45,110 nucleotides of DNA from a virus (taxonomy: Duplodnaviria; Caudoviricetes), in IMG/VR virus record IMGVR_UViG_3300038393_001492, positions 1-45,110 of that record, one strand, 5' to 3'. The notes below the pieces were generated by a model. The model ran no database searches and had not been told where the DNA came from. It was given only the letters and a program-made list of their open reading frames with translations. The number at the start of each line of letters is the position of its first letter. The stretch's first letter is position 1. Of the stretch, positions 35,492 through 44,210 are shown in pieces. The position numbers and the translations under genes were made by a program.

Positions 35492-35859
35492 GCCCCGCCC
35501 TCCTGGTCGTCCCAGAGCACCAGGGTGGTCTCCCAGTGGTCGAGCTGCCCGAAGGTGTCGGCGCGCGGCTCCACCGTCTCGATGCGCAGCACGATCCCGT
35601 GGATGACGAAGCGGTCGCCGCGCTGGGGCTTGGCGCTCACCTGGAACAGGATCTTGGCCGCGGCCGTCATCTCCTCGGCGTTGCCGCGCGAGGCCGAGGA
35701 GTCCGTGCGCACGCTGGTCGGCGCGATCTTGCCGACCAGGTGGATGACGTCGACCATCACCCGCTGCGGCGTGTCGGCGTAGAGCGGCTCGCCGCGGCGC
35801 GAGGTGCCGATCTTGCGCGTGAGCTGGCCCGGCTGGTTGCCGACGAGGGTGAAGGTCAC
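35488..35859 (-). CDS. putative head closure (stopper) protein
   Basis: Start re-called at GTG 35859 (VTFTLVG); TSVRTDSSASRGNA motif; synteny. Confidence 0.7.
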   Translation of the reverse strand: MTFTLVGNQPGQLTRKIGTSRRGEPLYADTPQRVMVDVIHLVGKIAPTSVRTDSSASRGNAEEMTAAAKILFQVSAKPQRGDRFVIHGIVLRIETVEPRADTFGQLDHWETTLVLWDDQEGGA

Positions 35860-36632
35860 AGGTTCCTCCGATGGCTCTCGGGCACGCGCAGCCGCGCCTC
35901 GGCGTTGGGGTGGAAGATGTCGTTGCGGACCTCGCCGTAGCTGGGCAGCGCCGAGTTCGGGCCGAAGGCGAGCTGGAGGCCGTGGACCCCGGCCTTGCCG
36001 TGGGCGTGCTCGACCTGGGCGACCGGGATGCCGGCTTCGGAGAGGACGGCGAGCACCATCTCGTTGTAGGCGGACAGGAGCGCCTGGCGCCACGTCGTGC
36101 GCACGAACAGCCGGGACGGCCACTTCGAGGAGCGCCGGTCCCGGAAGTAGAAGGCCGGGGCCTCGGCGGACGCGAACTGGTGCTCCATCAGCGCGCGCCG
36201 CACCGTGGTGCCGGTCGCCCGGGCGGTGAGCTGCGCCTGGAGGAAGGTGTGCCGCACGGCCTGCTGAAGCTGCGCGATGTCGCGCTCGATCTGTATCGTG
36301 ATCTCGCGCAGCAGATAGTGCTCCGTCGCGCTGAGCAGCTCGCTGGCGGCCGCCGTCGTTGCGCGCTCAGTCGTATCACCCAGATCGTCGCTCGCGTCTG
36401 ACAGCCCGTCTGCTGCGAACTGGCGGACGTCGCGCGTGACGAAGCCGCGCTCGGCCTCGAGGTAGGTCCGGGCGAGCTCGTAGGCGCGCGAGCCCGCGCG
36501 CTCGACGGCCGAGACGTAGCCGGCGTCGCGCTGCCCGAGCGCCTCGGTGTAGAGCGCGCCCCAGGCGTCCACGAGGGACTGGTAGCGGGCGCCCGCGGCG
36601 TCGGCCGCCGCGGTCATCAGGTTGAGGGTCAT
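35856..36632 (-). CDS. putative head morphogenesis protein
   Basis: Start MTLNLM (TGATG overlap); FRDRRSSKWPS and C-terminal IFHPN. Confidence 0.65.
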   Translation of the reverse strand: MTLNLMTAAADAAGARYQSLVDAWGALYTEALGQRDAGYVSAVERAGSRAYELARTYLEAERGFVTRDVRQFAADGLSDASDDLGDTTERATTAAASELLSATEHYLLREITIQIERDIAQLQQAVRHTFLQAQLTARATGTTVRRALMEHQFASAEAPAFYFRDRRSSKWPSRLFVRTTWRQALLSAYNEMVLAVLSEAGIPVAQVEHAHGKAGVHGLQLAFGPNSALPSYGEVRNDIFHPNAEARLRVPESHRRNL

Positions 36633-37441
36633 CACGAGCGGGAGATCCGGGCCCGGAGTTCGATGAAGCCGGTCAGGTGCGCGAGCGTCTCGCGCGCGAC
36701 CCCGAGATCCAGCGGCTTGCCCGAGCGGAACATCGCCGAGCTCTCGCCGGTGGTCTTCGACAGGAGGCCCGAGACCCGGTGCTCCTCGGCCGTGCCGCGG
36801 GTCAGGATGGCGTTGGCCTCCTGGACCTGGGCGCGCATCAGCGCGTCGCGGAAGTCGGCCGGGAACTCCGACCAGGTGGCGAGGTCCATCGCCTGCCACT
36901 CGCGCGGCGCGATGCGGATGACGCAGCCGAGCGCCTTGTCGAAGTTGACGACGTCGTCCTCGTCGTAGCCGGCCGGGGTGATGCGGTAGCCGAAGCGGAC
37001 GAGCCGCTGGTAGGCCTCGATCAGCGCCGGCTCCTGATCAGCCTGCTCGGCCGCCGCGAAGGCGTCGAGCCGGGGCATGTCGGCGGCGATCAGCGCGAGC
37101 TTCTCGTAGGTGCCGAACGAGTTGGCGAGGAAGCGCAGGCGCATGCCGGCGCGCAGTAGGACGCTCTGACGGATCTCGATCGGCCCGTCGGCCGTGGCGA
37201 GCTCGACCTCGACGGTGCGCACCGCGATGGCCGTGCCGGCTGGAAGCACGTTCACCTCGGCCGGCACCTTGTAGACGAGCTCGCCCACGAGGGAGGCGAC
37301 GGGGATTTCGGGCCCGTGCAGGACCCGGCCGTCCTCATCGAGGACGGTGACGATGATCCCGGTCGGCTGGACCGCGACGCCCTGGGCGTCCTGGAACGGG
37401 ACCGTGACGGTGAAGGCGCAGCCGGCCGGGAGGTTCTTCAT
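36632..37441 (-). CDS. putative head-tail adaptor
   Basis: ALIEAY, AL.RAQ..EA..IL, GLLSKTTGESS.MF; synteny. Confidence 0.7.
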   Translation of the reverse strand: MKNLPAGCAFTVTVPFQDAQGVAVQPTGIIVTVLDEDGRVLHGPEIPVASLVGELVYKVPAEVNVLPAGTAIAVRTVEVELATADGPIEIRQSVLLRAGMRLRFLANSFGTYEKLALIAADMPRLDAFAAAEQADQEPALIEAYQRLVRFGYRITPAGYDEDDVVNFDKALGCVIRIAPREWQAMDLATWSEFPADFRDALMRAQVQEANAILTRGTAEEHRVSGLLSKTTGESSAMFRSGKPLDLGVARETLAHLTGFIELRARISRS

Positions 37442-37446
37442 CGCGA

Positions 37447-38112
37447 TCAGGCCTCGGTCTGATCGGCGCCCGGACCCGCGTCACCGCGGCTGGCCGGAGG
37501 CTCCTGCGACCCGGACTGCTGCTCGCCGGACTGCTGCTCGCCACCCTCGGAGCCCTCGGAGCCCTGCTCGTCGTTCTCGGAGCCCTGCTCGTCGTTCTCG
37601 TCGGTCTCGGACTGCTGGGCGTCCTCGCGCTTCAGGGCGCCGGAGGCCTCGAGGCGCGCCTTGAGCTTCAGCTCCTCCTTGAGGATCACCTGGATCGCCT
37701 TGTTGATCGAGCTGGCCTTGACGCCCAGCGGGTCCATGATCTCGCGCAGGCCCGCGATACCCTTCTTCTCGGCGATGGTCTCGAGGTTCTCCTTCGAGTG
37801 GAAGACGACGGCGGCCGGGTCGGCGCTCTTGGGCGCGGCCTTGCTCACCTCAGCCTCGGTGGCGCGCGGCAGCGCGGTCAGCGTCGGCGCCGGCAGCGAC
37901 ATCGAGCCGTTGGTGAGCATCTGGTGCTGGAGCGCCGGGTTCTCGCCCTCAACCCCGTCCTCGTCGACCGAGACCAGCGACAGCGAGGCGCCGATGATCG
38001 CGATGTGGCGCCGGTTGACCGGCTCGACCGAGACGCCGTCCTTGAAGGCGGTCACGCCGAGGTCGCCGGTGAAGCCTTCCCAGCCGGGCTGGGTGATCTT
38101 GATGCGCGGCAC
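37447..38112 (-). CDS. head-associated hypothetical protein with acidic low-complexity tail
   Basis: IKITQPGWEGFTG.LG...F.DGVS; LE.IA..KGI.GLREI; short tandem repeats at 37511-37598. Confidence 0.75.
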   Translation of the reverse strand: MPRIKITQPGWEGFTGDLGVTAFKDGVSVEPVNRRHIAIIGASLSLVSVDEDGVEGENPALQHQMLTNGSMSLPAPTLTALPRATEAEVSKAAPKSADPAAVVFHSKENLETIAEKKGIAGLREIMDPLGVKASSINKAIQVILKEELKLKARLEASGALKREDAQQSETDENDEQGSENDEQGSEGSEGGEQQSGEQQSGSQEPPASRGDAGPGADQTEA

Positions 38113-38115
38113 GGA

Positions 38116-38379
38116 TTATTCCCCTGCGATGAGCTGCTGAAGGCTGCCGTCGTTGTCGGCGAGCGCGAGCTGGGTGAAGCCGCCGACCAGGTGGTCGCCG
38201 ACGAAGATCTGCGGGACGGTGAAGTCCTCCCGACCCAGCCGCTCGGCGAGCTGCCGGCGCTCAAGGGCGTTCTGCGAGAGGTCGGTGTAGGCGTGCTCGT
38301 AGCTGCGGGTCTCGCAGAGAGCGCGGGCGCGGTTGCACCAGATGCAGTCCGGCTGCCCGTAGATGCGGATCGACGGCAT
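38116..38379 (-). CDS. glutaredoxin (CIWC)
   Basis: IYGQPDCIWC, TVPQIF cis-Pro loop, GGF motif. Confidence 0.92.
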   Translation of the reverse strand: MPSIRIYGQPDCIWCNRARALCETRSYEHAYTDLSQNALERRQLAERLGREDFTVPQIFVGDHLVGGFTQLALADNDGSLQQLIAGE

Positions 38380-38406
38380 CTGGGTCCTTGATGGGTTGGA
38401 GACGCG

Positions 38407-38432
38407 AAAAGGGCGGGGATCGCTCCCCGCCC
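38407..38432 (-). terminator. intrinsic terminator after the major capsid gene
   Basis: GGGCGGGGA-TCGC-TCCCCGCCC with A4 at 38407-38410. Confidence 0.8.
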
Positions 38433-38436
38433 TCTC

Positions 38437-38465
38437 ATGGTAAGTCAGTGATGACTTACCTTCAA
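38437..38465 (-). promoter_or_regulatory. promoter TTGAAG-17-TACCAT with palindromic box 14 (38440-38459) as spacer
   Basis: Box GTAAGTCAGTGATGACTTAC has perfect 8-bp arms. Confidence 0.75.
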
Positions 38466-38467
38466 GA

Positions 38468-39370
38468 TCAGATGTTGGTGACGCCCTTCAGGCGGGCCAC
38501 CGAGTGCGTGGCCTTGAGGGCCGTGCCGCAATACCACTTCAGGCGCCAGCGCTGGGCGTCCTTGGACTGGAGCTTGCCGATCTCCTCGACCCGCAGGCCG
38601 GCGTTGGCGCCGCCGTAGAGGCCGTGGATGCCGTCGACCTCGTTGAGGCGCAGAGCGTAGATCGAGCAGGTGGCCGAGTTGGCGCCCTGGACCTCGTCCG
38701 CGGTCATGAAGTCGTTGATGATGACCGGGGTGCCATCGAACGCCGGCAGCGGCTTGCCGAAGTCCTTGACGATGATCGAGCCGGCGTCGTTGCCGCCCAT
38801 GGCGCGCAGCAGCGCCTTGATCGCGCGCCAGGTGCCCTTGCGCATCATCAGCACGTCCGCGCCGTTCTTGACCGCGTCACGCAGCTCGTCGAGCATCGTG
38901 AACGACACCGCGGCGCCATCGGCACCGGCGATGAGGGTCTGGGCGGCCGGCACGAGCTTCTTGATGCCGTCGAACTCCTTGCGGTTCACGCTGGAGTCGC
39001 CGTTCACCAGGGTGCGGCGGAACTGGCGGCCGATACCCTTCGCCTTGGCGGCGAGCTGCACCGTGAGCTGGTCGTGGGTGTCGGACTGGGTCTCGACGAG
39101 GAAGTTGTCGAGGTCGACGTGGCCCGCGAGGATCCGCAGCTTGGCCTGGACCTCCTCGAACGTGGCAGCGCCTTCCTTGATGTCCTCGTAGGGATCCAGG
39201 AAGTCACCTTCGCTCAGCGTGGCCTCGCGAATGTAGTCGTAGGCCTTGCCGTTGACATGGACGAACGGGAACAGAGCGAACAGCTCGTCCACGTCGATGA
39301 TCTCTTCGATGATGCCGCGCTCGAGCTGATCCACGCTCAGCTTGGCGGCCTCTTCCACAAGCAGGGGCAT
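38468..39370 (-). CDS. major capsid protein (probable HK97 fold)
   Basis: Start MPLLVEEAAKLS with AGGAG RBS; LF..PF..V.G.AY.Y.RE, LVNGD, FDG, R.RLKWYCG.ALK. Confidence 0.92.
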   Translation of the reverse strand: MPLLVEEAAKLSVDQLERGIIEEIIDVDELFALFPFVHVNGKAYDYIREATLSEGDFLDPYEDIKEGAATFEEVQAKLRILAGHVDLDNFLVETQSDTHDQLTVQLAAKAKGIGRQFRRTLVNGDSSVNRKEFDGIKKLVPAAQTLIAGADGAAVSFTMLDELRDAVKNGADVLMMRKGTWRAIKALLRAMGGNDAGSIIVKDFGKPLPAFDGTPVIINDFMTADEVQGANSATCSIYALRLNEVDGIHGLYGGANAGLRVEEIGKLQSKDAQRWRLKWYCGTALKATHSVARLKGVTNI

Positions 39371-39403
39371 TCCCGTTCTCCTTGGCGACTGCCCGTGCCG
39401 GGC

Positions 39404-39480
39404 ATAAGTCAGTGGTGACTTACAATAGGATATCCGGCACGGGACTCGTCGCCAAGGGAAATCAGTCAGCACTGACTGAC
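39404..39480 (-). promoter_or_regulatory. capsid promoter TTGGCG-17-TATCCT flanked by boxes 15 (39404-39423) and 16 (39461-39480)
   Basis: -35 at 39455-39450, -10 at 39432-39427; boxes ATAAGTCAGTGGTGACTTAC and ATCAGTCAGCACTGACTGAC. Confidence 0.75.
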
Positions 39481-39503
39481 TTTTTTGCCCCTGGCAAGGT
39501 TTT

Positions 39504-40478
39504 TCAGGCCTTCGCCGCCTTCTGGGCCGCGAGCGCGGCGCGAATGCGGGCCATGCCCTTCAGCTCGGACGTGTCGTTGCCGTTGTCCTTGGGCGCCTTG
39601 GTCGAGTCCGTGGTCTTGGAGCCGGCGCCGGGCGGCATGGTCGAGCGCAGCAGGTGATCCTTGTCCGGATCGGCCTCGACGAGCTTGGCAATCGCGGCCT
39701 CGAAGCTGAGCTTGTTGCCGTTGGCGTCGACCAGCGGCGTGCGGCCCTCGGCCCCGCGCGGCTTGTCGTAGGCCACGACCTTCGTGCCCTCGGTCTCGAA
39801 GTGCCCGCCGAACACGGTGCGGGCCTTGGCCGGGGTCAGGACCAGCTTCTCGCGGATGAAGGACGAGTTGCCGAACGCGGCGCCCACGGTGAGCTCCGAG
39901 ATCGTGGACAGCGCGCTGGCGAGCTCGCCGTCCTTGGCCGCGACCTGGTTGCGGATCGCCTCGAGCGCCTGGTTGTGCTGCTCGACCATCGACTGCTTCA
40001 CGCGGTCGAACTCACCCCGGGCCTCGGCGGCGGCCAGCTCGTCGGCCTGCTTCTTCTCGGCAGCGGCCCGGCGCTCCTCGAGCATCGCCTGCACCTCCTC
40101 GGGCGTCACCTGCCCGTAGAGCGCGAGCTTCTCCTGGGCGGTCTGGGCCGCCTTCTTGTGCTTCATCGTGTCCTTGAGGAGCTTCGCCACCTCGTCGGTG
40201 ATCGGGTCGCCGGCCTTGGGCTCGGTCGGGGCCGCGGGCGGGGTCGCCGGAGGCTCGTTCGCGGGCGGGGTCGCCGGCGGCGTCGCGGGCGGGGTGGCCG
40301 GGGGCTCACTGCCACCGCCGGAGCCGGTGCCGCCCTCGGCCTCGTAGACCGGGCGGGAGCGTCCGAAGGGGTGCGTGAAGATCGAGTGCAGCGGGAAGCT
40401 GCGCGCCGGCGTGCCGGGGAACGGATCGGCCTTGAACACGGTGCCGCCGTCGGGGGTGTTGGTCTTGGTCACTGTCAT
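39504..40478 (-). CDS. capsid scaffolding protein
   Basis: Between portal and capsid; PPAT linker, coiled coil, ARGEFD.VK, TP.KAR, YDKP. Confidence 0.8.
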   Translation of the reverse strand: MTVTKTNTPDGGTVFKADPFPGTPARSFPLHSIFTHPFGRSRPVYEAEGGTGSGGGSEPPATPPATPPATPPANEPPATPPAAPTEPKAGDPITDEVAKLLKDTMKHKKAAQTAQEKLALYGQVTPEEVQAMLEERRAAAEKKQADELAAAEARGEFDRVKQSMVEQHNQALEAIRNQVAAKDGELASALSTISELTVGAAFGNSSFIREKLVLTPAKARTVFGGHFETEGTKVVAYDKPRGAEGRTPLVDANGNKLSFEAAIAKLVEADPDKDHLLRSTMPPGAGSKTTDSTKAPKDNGNDTSELKGMARIRAALAAQKAAKA

Positions 40479-40530
40479 GCTCCTTGCGCCACAGTCTCTC
40501 GGGCGCGCGGGGTGATGCCGGGCCTGGGGA

Positions 40531-42159
40531 TCAGGCCGCGGTCTTCTTCTGGGTCTTGTCCGTCACCTGACCCTGCCGACCCTTCGTCGAGGTCTTCTTG
40601 GTGTCGGACTGACCCGAAGCCTGGGATGCCGTGGGTGGGCCGCCGTTGCTCGCGGAGCCCGAAATCGTGCCGTTCGGCCCGTCGGGCGACGTGGCCTTGA
40701 ACATCAGCCGAGCCTGCTCGACCGGGTCCTTCGGCCAGTCCTTGAGCTCGGCTTCCATCTTGGCCCGGACCGCCTTGGCGATGCCGGGGAACAGCTTGTC
40801 GATGACCTGCTTCATCTGCTCGGCGCGCACCGTCTTCGGCGCGTCCATGAGCGCGAGGTTCTGGGCGACCGTGAACTCGTCGAAGAGCGAGCGGACGTCG
40901 AAGGTCTCGGGATAGGAGACGAGCCGGTCCTCGGGGACAGCCTCGCCGGTCCAGAGCGCGACCAGCTCCACGATCTTGTTCTCGACCTGCTGGAGCGACT
41001 GCGCCTTGGACGTGAGCAAGCTGTTCAGCTTGTCGAAGTCGTAGGCCTTGGCGACGCCGGACGAGTTGTCGATGCCGACGGCGTTGTCCTGCTTGGTCCG
41101 CTCGCCGCTCGCGCCGGCCGTCTGGTAGATCTCGGCGATGATCTTGTTGACCACCGTGATGATGAGCTGCGCCTGCTTCGGGTCGGGCGACAGGAACTTC
41201 GGCTCGCCGCCCTCGCTGTCGTAGAGGAAGGTCCGCTTGGTGCCGGCCTCGATCAGCGCGTCGTAGCCCTTCTCGCCCGGCAGCACGGACTGCGCCGGCA
41301 TGGCGAGCTGCGAGAAGGTCTGGTCCTGGATGATCGCGTCCAGGTTCGACAGGTAGTTGGCCGTGGCGCGGTCGAGGTAGGCGATCTCGTCGATCAGGCC
41401 CGGCGCCCAGTAGAGGTTCTCGCCGATCAGGTGGTCGGCGAAGAAGCACGGCACCCGGCCGATGGCGACATCGCCCTGGTCGGCCAGGTCGACGCGCGTA
41501 GAGCCGCCCCGGGTCTCCTTGACCTCGAAGAGATACCAGTTGGTCTTGGTCCAGAGCCGGTAGCGGACCTTCACCTTGCCGGAGGCGGTGATCGGGTCCT
41601 TGTCGTCCCGGTAGGTCTCGGCGACCAGGATCCAGGCGAGCTCGCCATCGTCGTCGTCGAAGCCGTAGTCCAGGATGTTCTGGGGCTTGACGATGTAGGC
41701 GTAGACGCGCGCCCCGGCCGCCTTCTCGTCGGCCTTGGTGCGCACGGCGTCGGTCTTGGTCGAGTCCACGAACACGGCGCAGCGGCCGAGCTGCGAGGTG
41801 GTGGACGAGACGAGCCGGATGAACTGGTCGATGCCGAGGTTCGAGCGCGTCGCGCGCTTCCAGAACCCCTTCACGTAGTCGGGCGCGTCGTCCTTGCGGA
41901 TGATGTCGCCCTTGAACAGATACTTCTGGACGAGCTCCACGATCTCGCGCGTGTGGTTGAAGCGGTAGGCCCGCGCCACACGGTCGTTGAACTCCTTCCG
42001 CCCCTCCTTGAGATACTTGAAGATGTTCGCCTTGAACCAATCCCGGGAGCCCTCGTAGGTGGCCTCCAGGAAGTTCCAGTGCTTGATCCGGGTGTCGTAT
42101 TCGGGGTGACGGCGCTTCAGGAACTCCTGGAGCTGCTTCTGACTGGCTCCAGTGAGCAT
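40531..42159 (-). CDS. portal protein
   Basis: RRHPEY, RAYRFNHTRE, IAYLDRA.ANYLS.LD.IIQDQTFSQL, SGVAK; follows terminase. Confidence 0.9.
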   Translation of the reverse strand: MLTGASQKQLQEFLKRRHPEYDTRIKHWNFLEATYEGSRDWFKANIFKYLKEGRKEFNDRVARAYRFNHTREIVELVQKYLFKGDIIRKDDAPDYVKGFWKRATRSNLGIDQFIRLVSSTTSQLGRCAVFVDSTKTDAVRTKADEKAAGARVYAYIVKPQNILDYGFDDDDGELAWILVAETYRDDKDPITASGKVKVRYRLWTKTNWYLFEVKETRGGSTRVDLADQGDVAIGRVPCFFADHLIGENLYWAPGLIDEIAYLDRATANYLSNLDAIIQDQTFSQLAMPAQSVLPGEKGYDALIEAGTKRTFLYDSEGGEPKFLSPDPKQAQLIITVVNKIIAEIYQTAGASGERTKQDNAVGIDNSSGVAKAYDFDKLNSLLTSKAQSLQQVENKIVELVALWTGEAVPEDRLVSYPETFDVRSLFDEFTVAQNLALMDAPKTVRAEQMKQVIDKLFPGIAKAVRAKMEAELKDWPKDPVEQARLMFKATSPDGPNGTISGSASNGGPPTASQASGQSDTKKTSTKGRQGQVTDKTQKKTAA

Positions 42160-42198
42160 GATCGCGCGCGCCTCGCAAAGACAGATCGTGAGGCCACA

Positions 42199-42227
42199 AT
42201 GATAAGTCAGCGGTGACTGATCTGCAA
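42199..42227 (-). promoter_or_regulatory. promoter TTGCAG-17-TATCAT with palindromic box 17 (42202-42221) as spacer
   Basis: Box ATAAGTCAGCGGTGACTGAT, identical to box 11. Confidence 0.8.
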
Positions 42228-42229
42228 CC

Positions 42230-43528
42230 TCAGACCGAGACGCCCAGCACCCGGATCTGCCTGACCGGGAAGCGGAAGTCGATGCAGTAGCCCAGGGCGT
42301 CCGCGGGGTGCTCGACGCCGGCCGACTTGTCCACGTCGCGCGAGCCCGGCTTGTAGATGGTCTGCTCGAACGCCGCGATGACGTGCTTGCAGCGCCGGTC
42401 GACCCGCAGCTTGATCGTGCCGTCGGCCGCCTTGAGCATCCGGTTCACGGCGTTGACGCGGTCGGCGACAGGCGGGTGCTTGCGCTTATACTGGAGCTTG
42501 CGGAAGCCGCCCTGGCGCAGGATGTCGAGGTCGCTCTCGCCGCGCCCGTGACCGCGCTGCGCGCCCGCAGGGTCCGGGTAGATGATGACCTGCTTCTGCT
42601 GCTTGAAGAACCTGCGGTCGAGCTCGGTGGCCACCTCAGCCGTCGAGGAACCGAACAGGATCGCCTCGTCGACGATCCAGACCTCGCCGTTGTCCTGCGG
42701 CTGCATGATGACCGAGGACATCGGGTCGATGTTGAAGTCCTGGCCGACCCAGATCGGCAGGTTCGGGTTGAACGGGTAGTCGCCGACGTGCTGGTTGCGG
42801 TCGAAGGCGTAGTAGACGCGCCCCGACATGGTCTCGAAGCTCGCCTCGAACTCCTGGCGGAAGGACTTCTCGTCCATGTTCTGGCGCGCGGCCGCGATCT
42901 CCTCGAGCGGGATGAACGGCGAGGTGATCGTCGGGAACTGCCAGGAGGCGTAGTCGTTGCGGCGCAGCCGGCCCTTGGCGTCGCGGTAGGTCGCGCCGCG
43001 CTGGCCCTTCATGTAGGCGTCGTAGAGCCAGTTGTAGGCCTTCGGCGTGCCGATGATGATCGCCTGGCCGCGGGTCGAGGCGAGCGTCGGGTAGAGGACC
43101 TTCGACCAGGTCTCCTCCTCAATGTCCTGGGCCTCGTCGATGATGACCAGGTTGAGCGCCACGCCGCGCAAGCTGTCGGGCTTGTCCGCGCCCTTCAGCT
43201 CGATGCGCGAGCCGTTGCGCAGCCGGATCGTCATCCGGGTCTCGTTGACCGAGCGGATCCACTTCTTCGGGATCGAGTCCTTGAGCTCGTCCCACAGGAT
43301 CGAGCGCGCCATGCCGTAGGTCGGCGCCACATACCAGATGAGCTGCTTGGCCTTGGCGGCAGCCGCCCGGACCGCGAGGATGCGCGCGAGCTGCGTCTTG
43401 CCCCAGCGCCGGCCGGCGACGACCACGCGGATACGGCGCGGGTCCTTGAACACCCGGCTCTGCCCGCGGTGGAGCGTGAACTCGTGGGACGGCCCGCCCA
43501 GCCCCGGCAGGAGCGCGGCGTTACTCAT
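42230..43528 (-). CDS. terL: terminase large subunit
   Basis: AGRRWGKT Walker A, YVAPT, LRG...VIIDE Walker B, IGTP, GQDFN and HPADA nuclease acids. Confidence 0.95.
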   Translation of the reverse strand: MSNAALLPGLGGPSHEFTLHRGQSRVFKDPRRIRVVVAGRRWGKTQLARILAVRAAAAKAKQLIWYVAPTYGMARSILWDELKDSIPKKWIRSVNETRMTIRLRNGSRIELKGADKPDSLRGVALNLVIIDEAQDIEEETWSKVLYPTLASTRGQAIIIGTPKAYNWLYDAYMKGQRGATYRDAKGRLRRNDYASWQFPTITSPFIPLEEIAAARQNMDEKSFRQEFEASFETMSGRVYYAFDRNQHVGDYPFNPNLPIWVGQDFNIDPMSSVIMQPQDNGEVWIVDEAILFGSSTAEVATELDRRFFKQQKQVIIYPDPAGAQRGHGRGESDLDILRQGGFRKLQYKRKHPPVADRVNAVNRMLKAADGTIKLRVDRRCKHVIAAFEQTIYKPGSRDVDKSAGVEHPADALGYCIDFRFPVRQIRVLGVSV

Positions 43529-44210
43529 CGTCCCCGTCCTCGATCACCGCCTCATCCTCCTCGGCGAGGGCGGCGATCGCCTGGTCGTCGTTCTCGTCGA
43601 TGATCTCGGCGTCGTCCGCCTCCTGGGCGTCGCGCTTGGCCTTGATCTCGGCGTCGGTCAGGTCGCGGATGACGAGCTGCGGCAGCTCCTTGTCGTCCAC
43701 CTCGTCGTGGGCATCGAGCAGGGTGTAGCGCTCGTCGCGGGCGGCCACGACGATCTTCATGGCGCGCTCCAGCGCCTTCAGGTTCTTGTCCTCGGTCGAG
43801 AACGGCCGGTCCTCGGCCTTCGCCTTGGCGATCAGCGCCATGGCCTGCTTGGCGAGGATCTCGGTCCACTGCAGGTGCTCGGTCTTGGTCTTCTCGATCT
43901 TCGCCCGGCGCTCGGCCGTGATCTCCTCGGCGGTTTTCTCGACGGCCTTCTTGGTCGCCTCGGTGGCGACCTTGGCGACCTCGTGGGCGCGCGAGCCCCG
44001 GCGCAGGCCGGCGCGCTGGATCCGCTTCTGGAGCGTCGAGGGCTTGATCCCGAACCGGGTGCAGATGCCCTTCGCGTCGTCGGTGCCGAGCTCCCAGATG
44101 TCCTTGATCTGCGCCCACTCGGCAGGCGTCAGGCGACGGCCGGCATCACCCGCGTCCTCGTCGTCGAGGGCGGCGTCGTGTTCCGGGACCTGATCCTCAC
44201 CAGTCAGCAC
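43521..44210 (-). CDS. terS: terminase small subunit (HTH)
   Basis: RLTPAEWAQIK...ICTRFGIKPSTLQKR HTH, directly upstream of terL; acidic tail. Confidence 0.75.
   Translation of the reverse strand: MLTGEDQVPEHDAALDDEDAGDAGRRLTPAEWAQIKDIWELGTDDAKGICTRFGIKPSTLQKRIQRAGLRRGSRAHEVAKVATEATKKAVEKTAEEITAERRAKIEKTKTEHLQWTEILAKQAMALIAKAKAEDRPFSTEDKNLKALERAMKIVVAARDERYTLLDAHDEVDDKELPQLVIRDLTDAEIKAKRDAQEADDAEIIDENDDQAIAALAEEDEAVIEDGDDE

Noticed and set aside
37511-37598. 15-bp and 21-bp tandem repeats as a contingency locus
   Set aside because: In-frame, two copies each, in a low-complexity tail; slippage would not switch phase
18227-39472. Long N-terminal extensions in track ORFs (18227..19036, 18609..19400, 26674..28233, 35488..36123, 35856..36899, 34030..34677, 38468..39472)
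   Set aside because: They run through neighbouring genes or regulatory boxes; downstream starts have an RBS or stop-start coupling
38468-42159. Absence of a prohead protease as a novelty
   Set aside because: Scaffold-only head assembly is well known (P22, T7, SPP1 types)
3671-43528. Inteins in primase, helicase or terminase
   Set aside because: Protein lengths are normal and I saw no splice-junction or LAGLIDADG blocks
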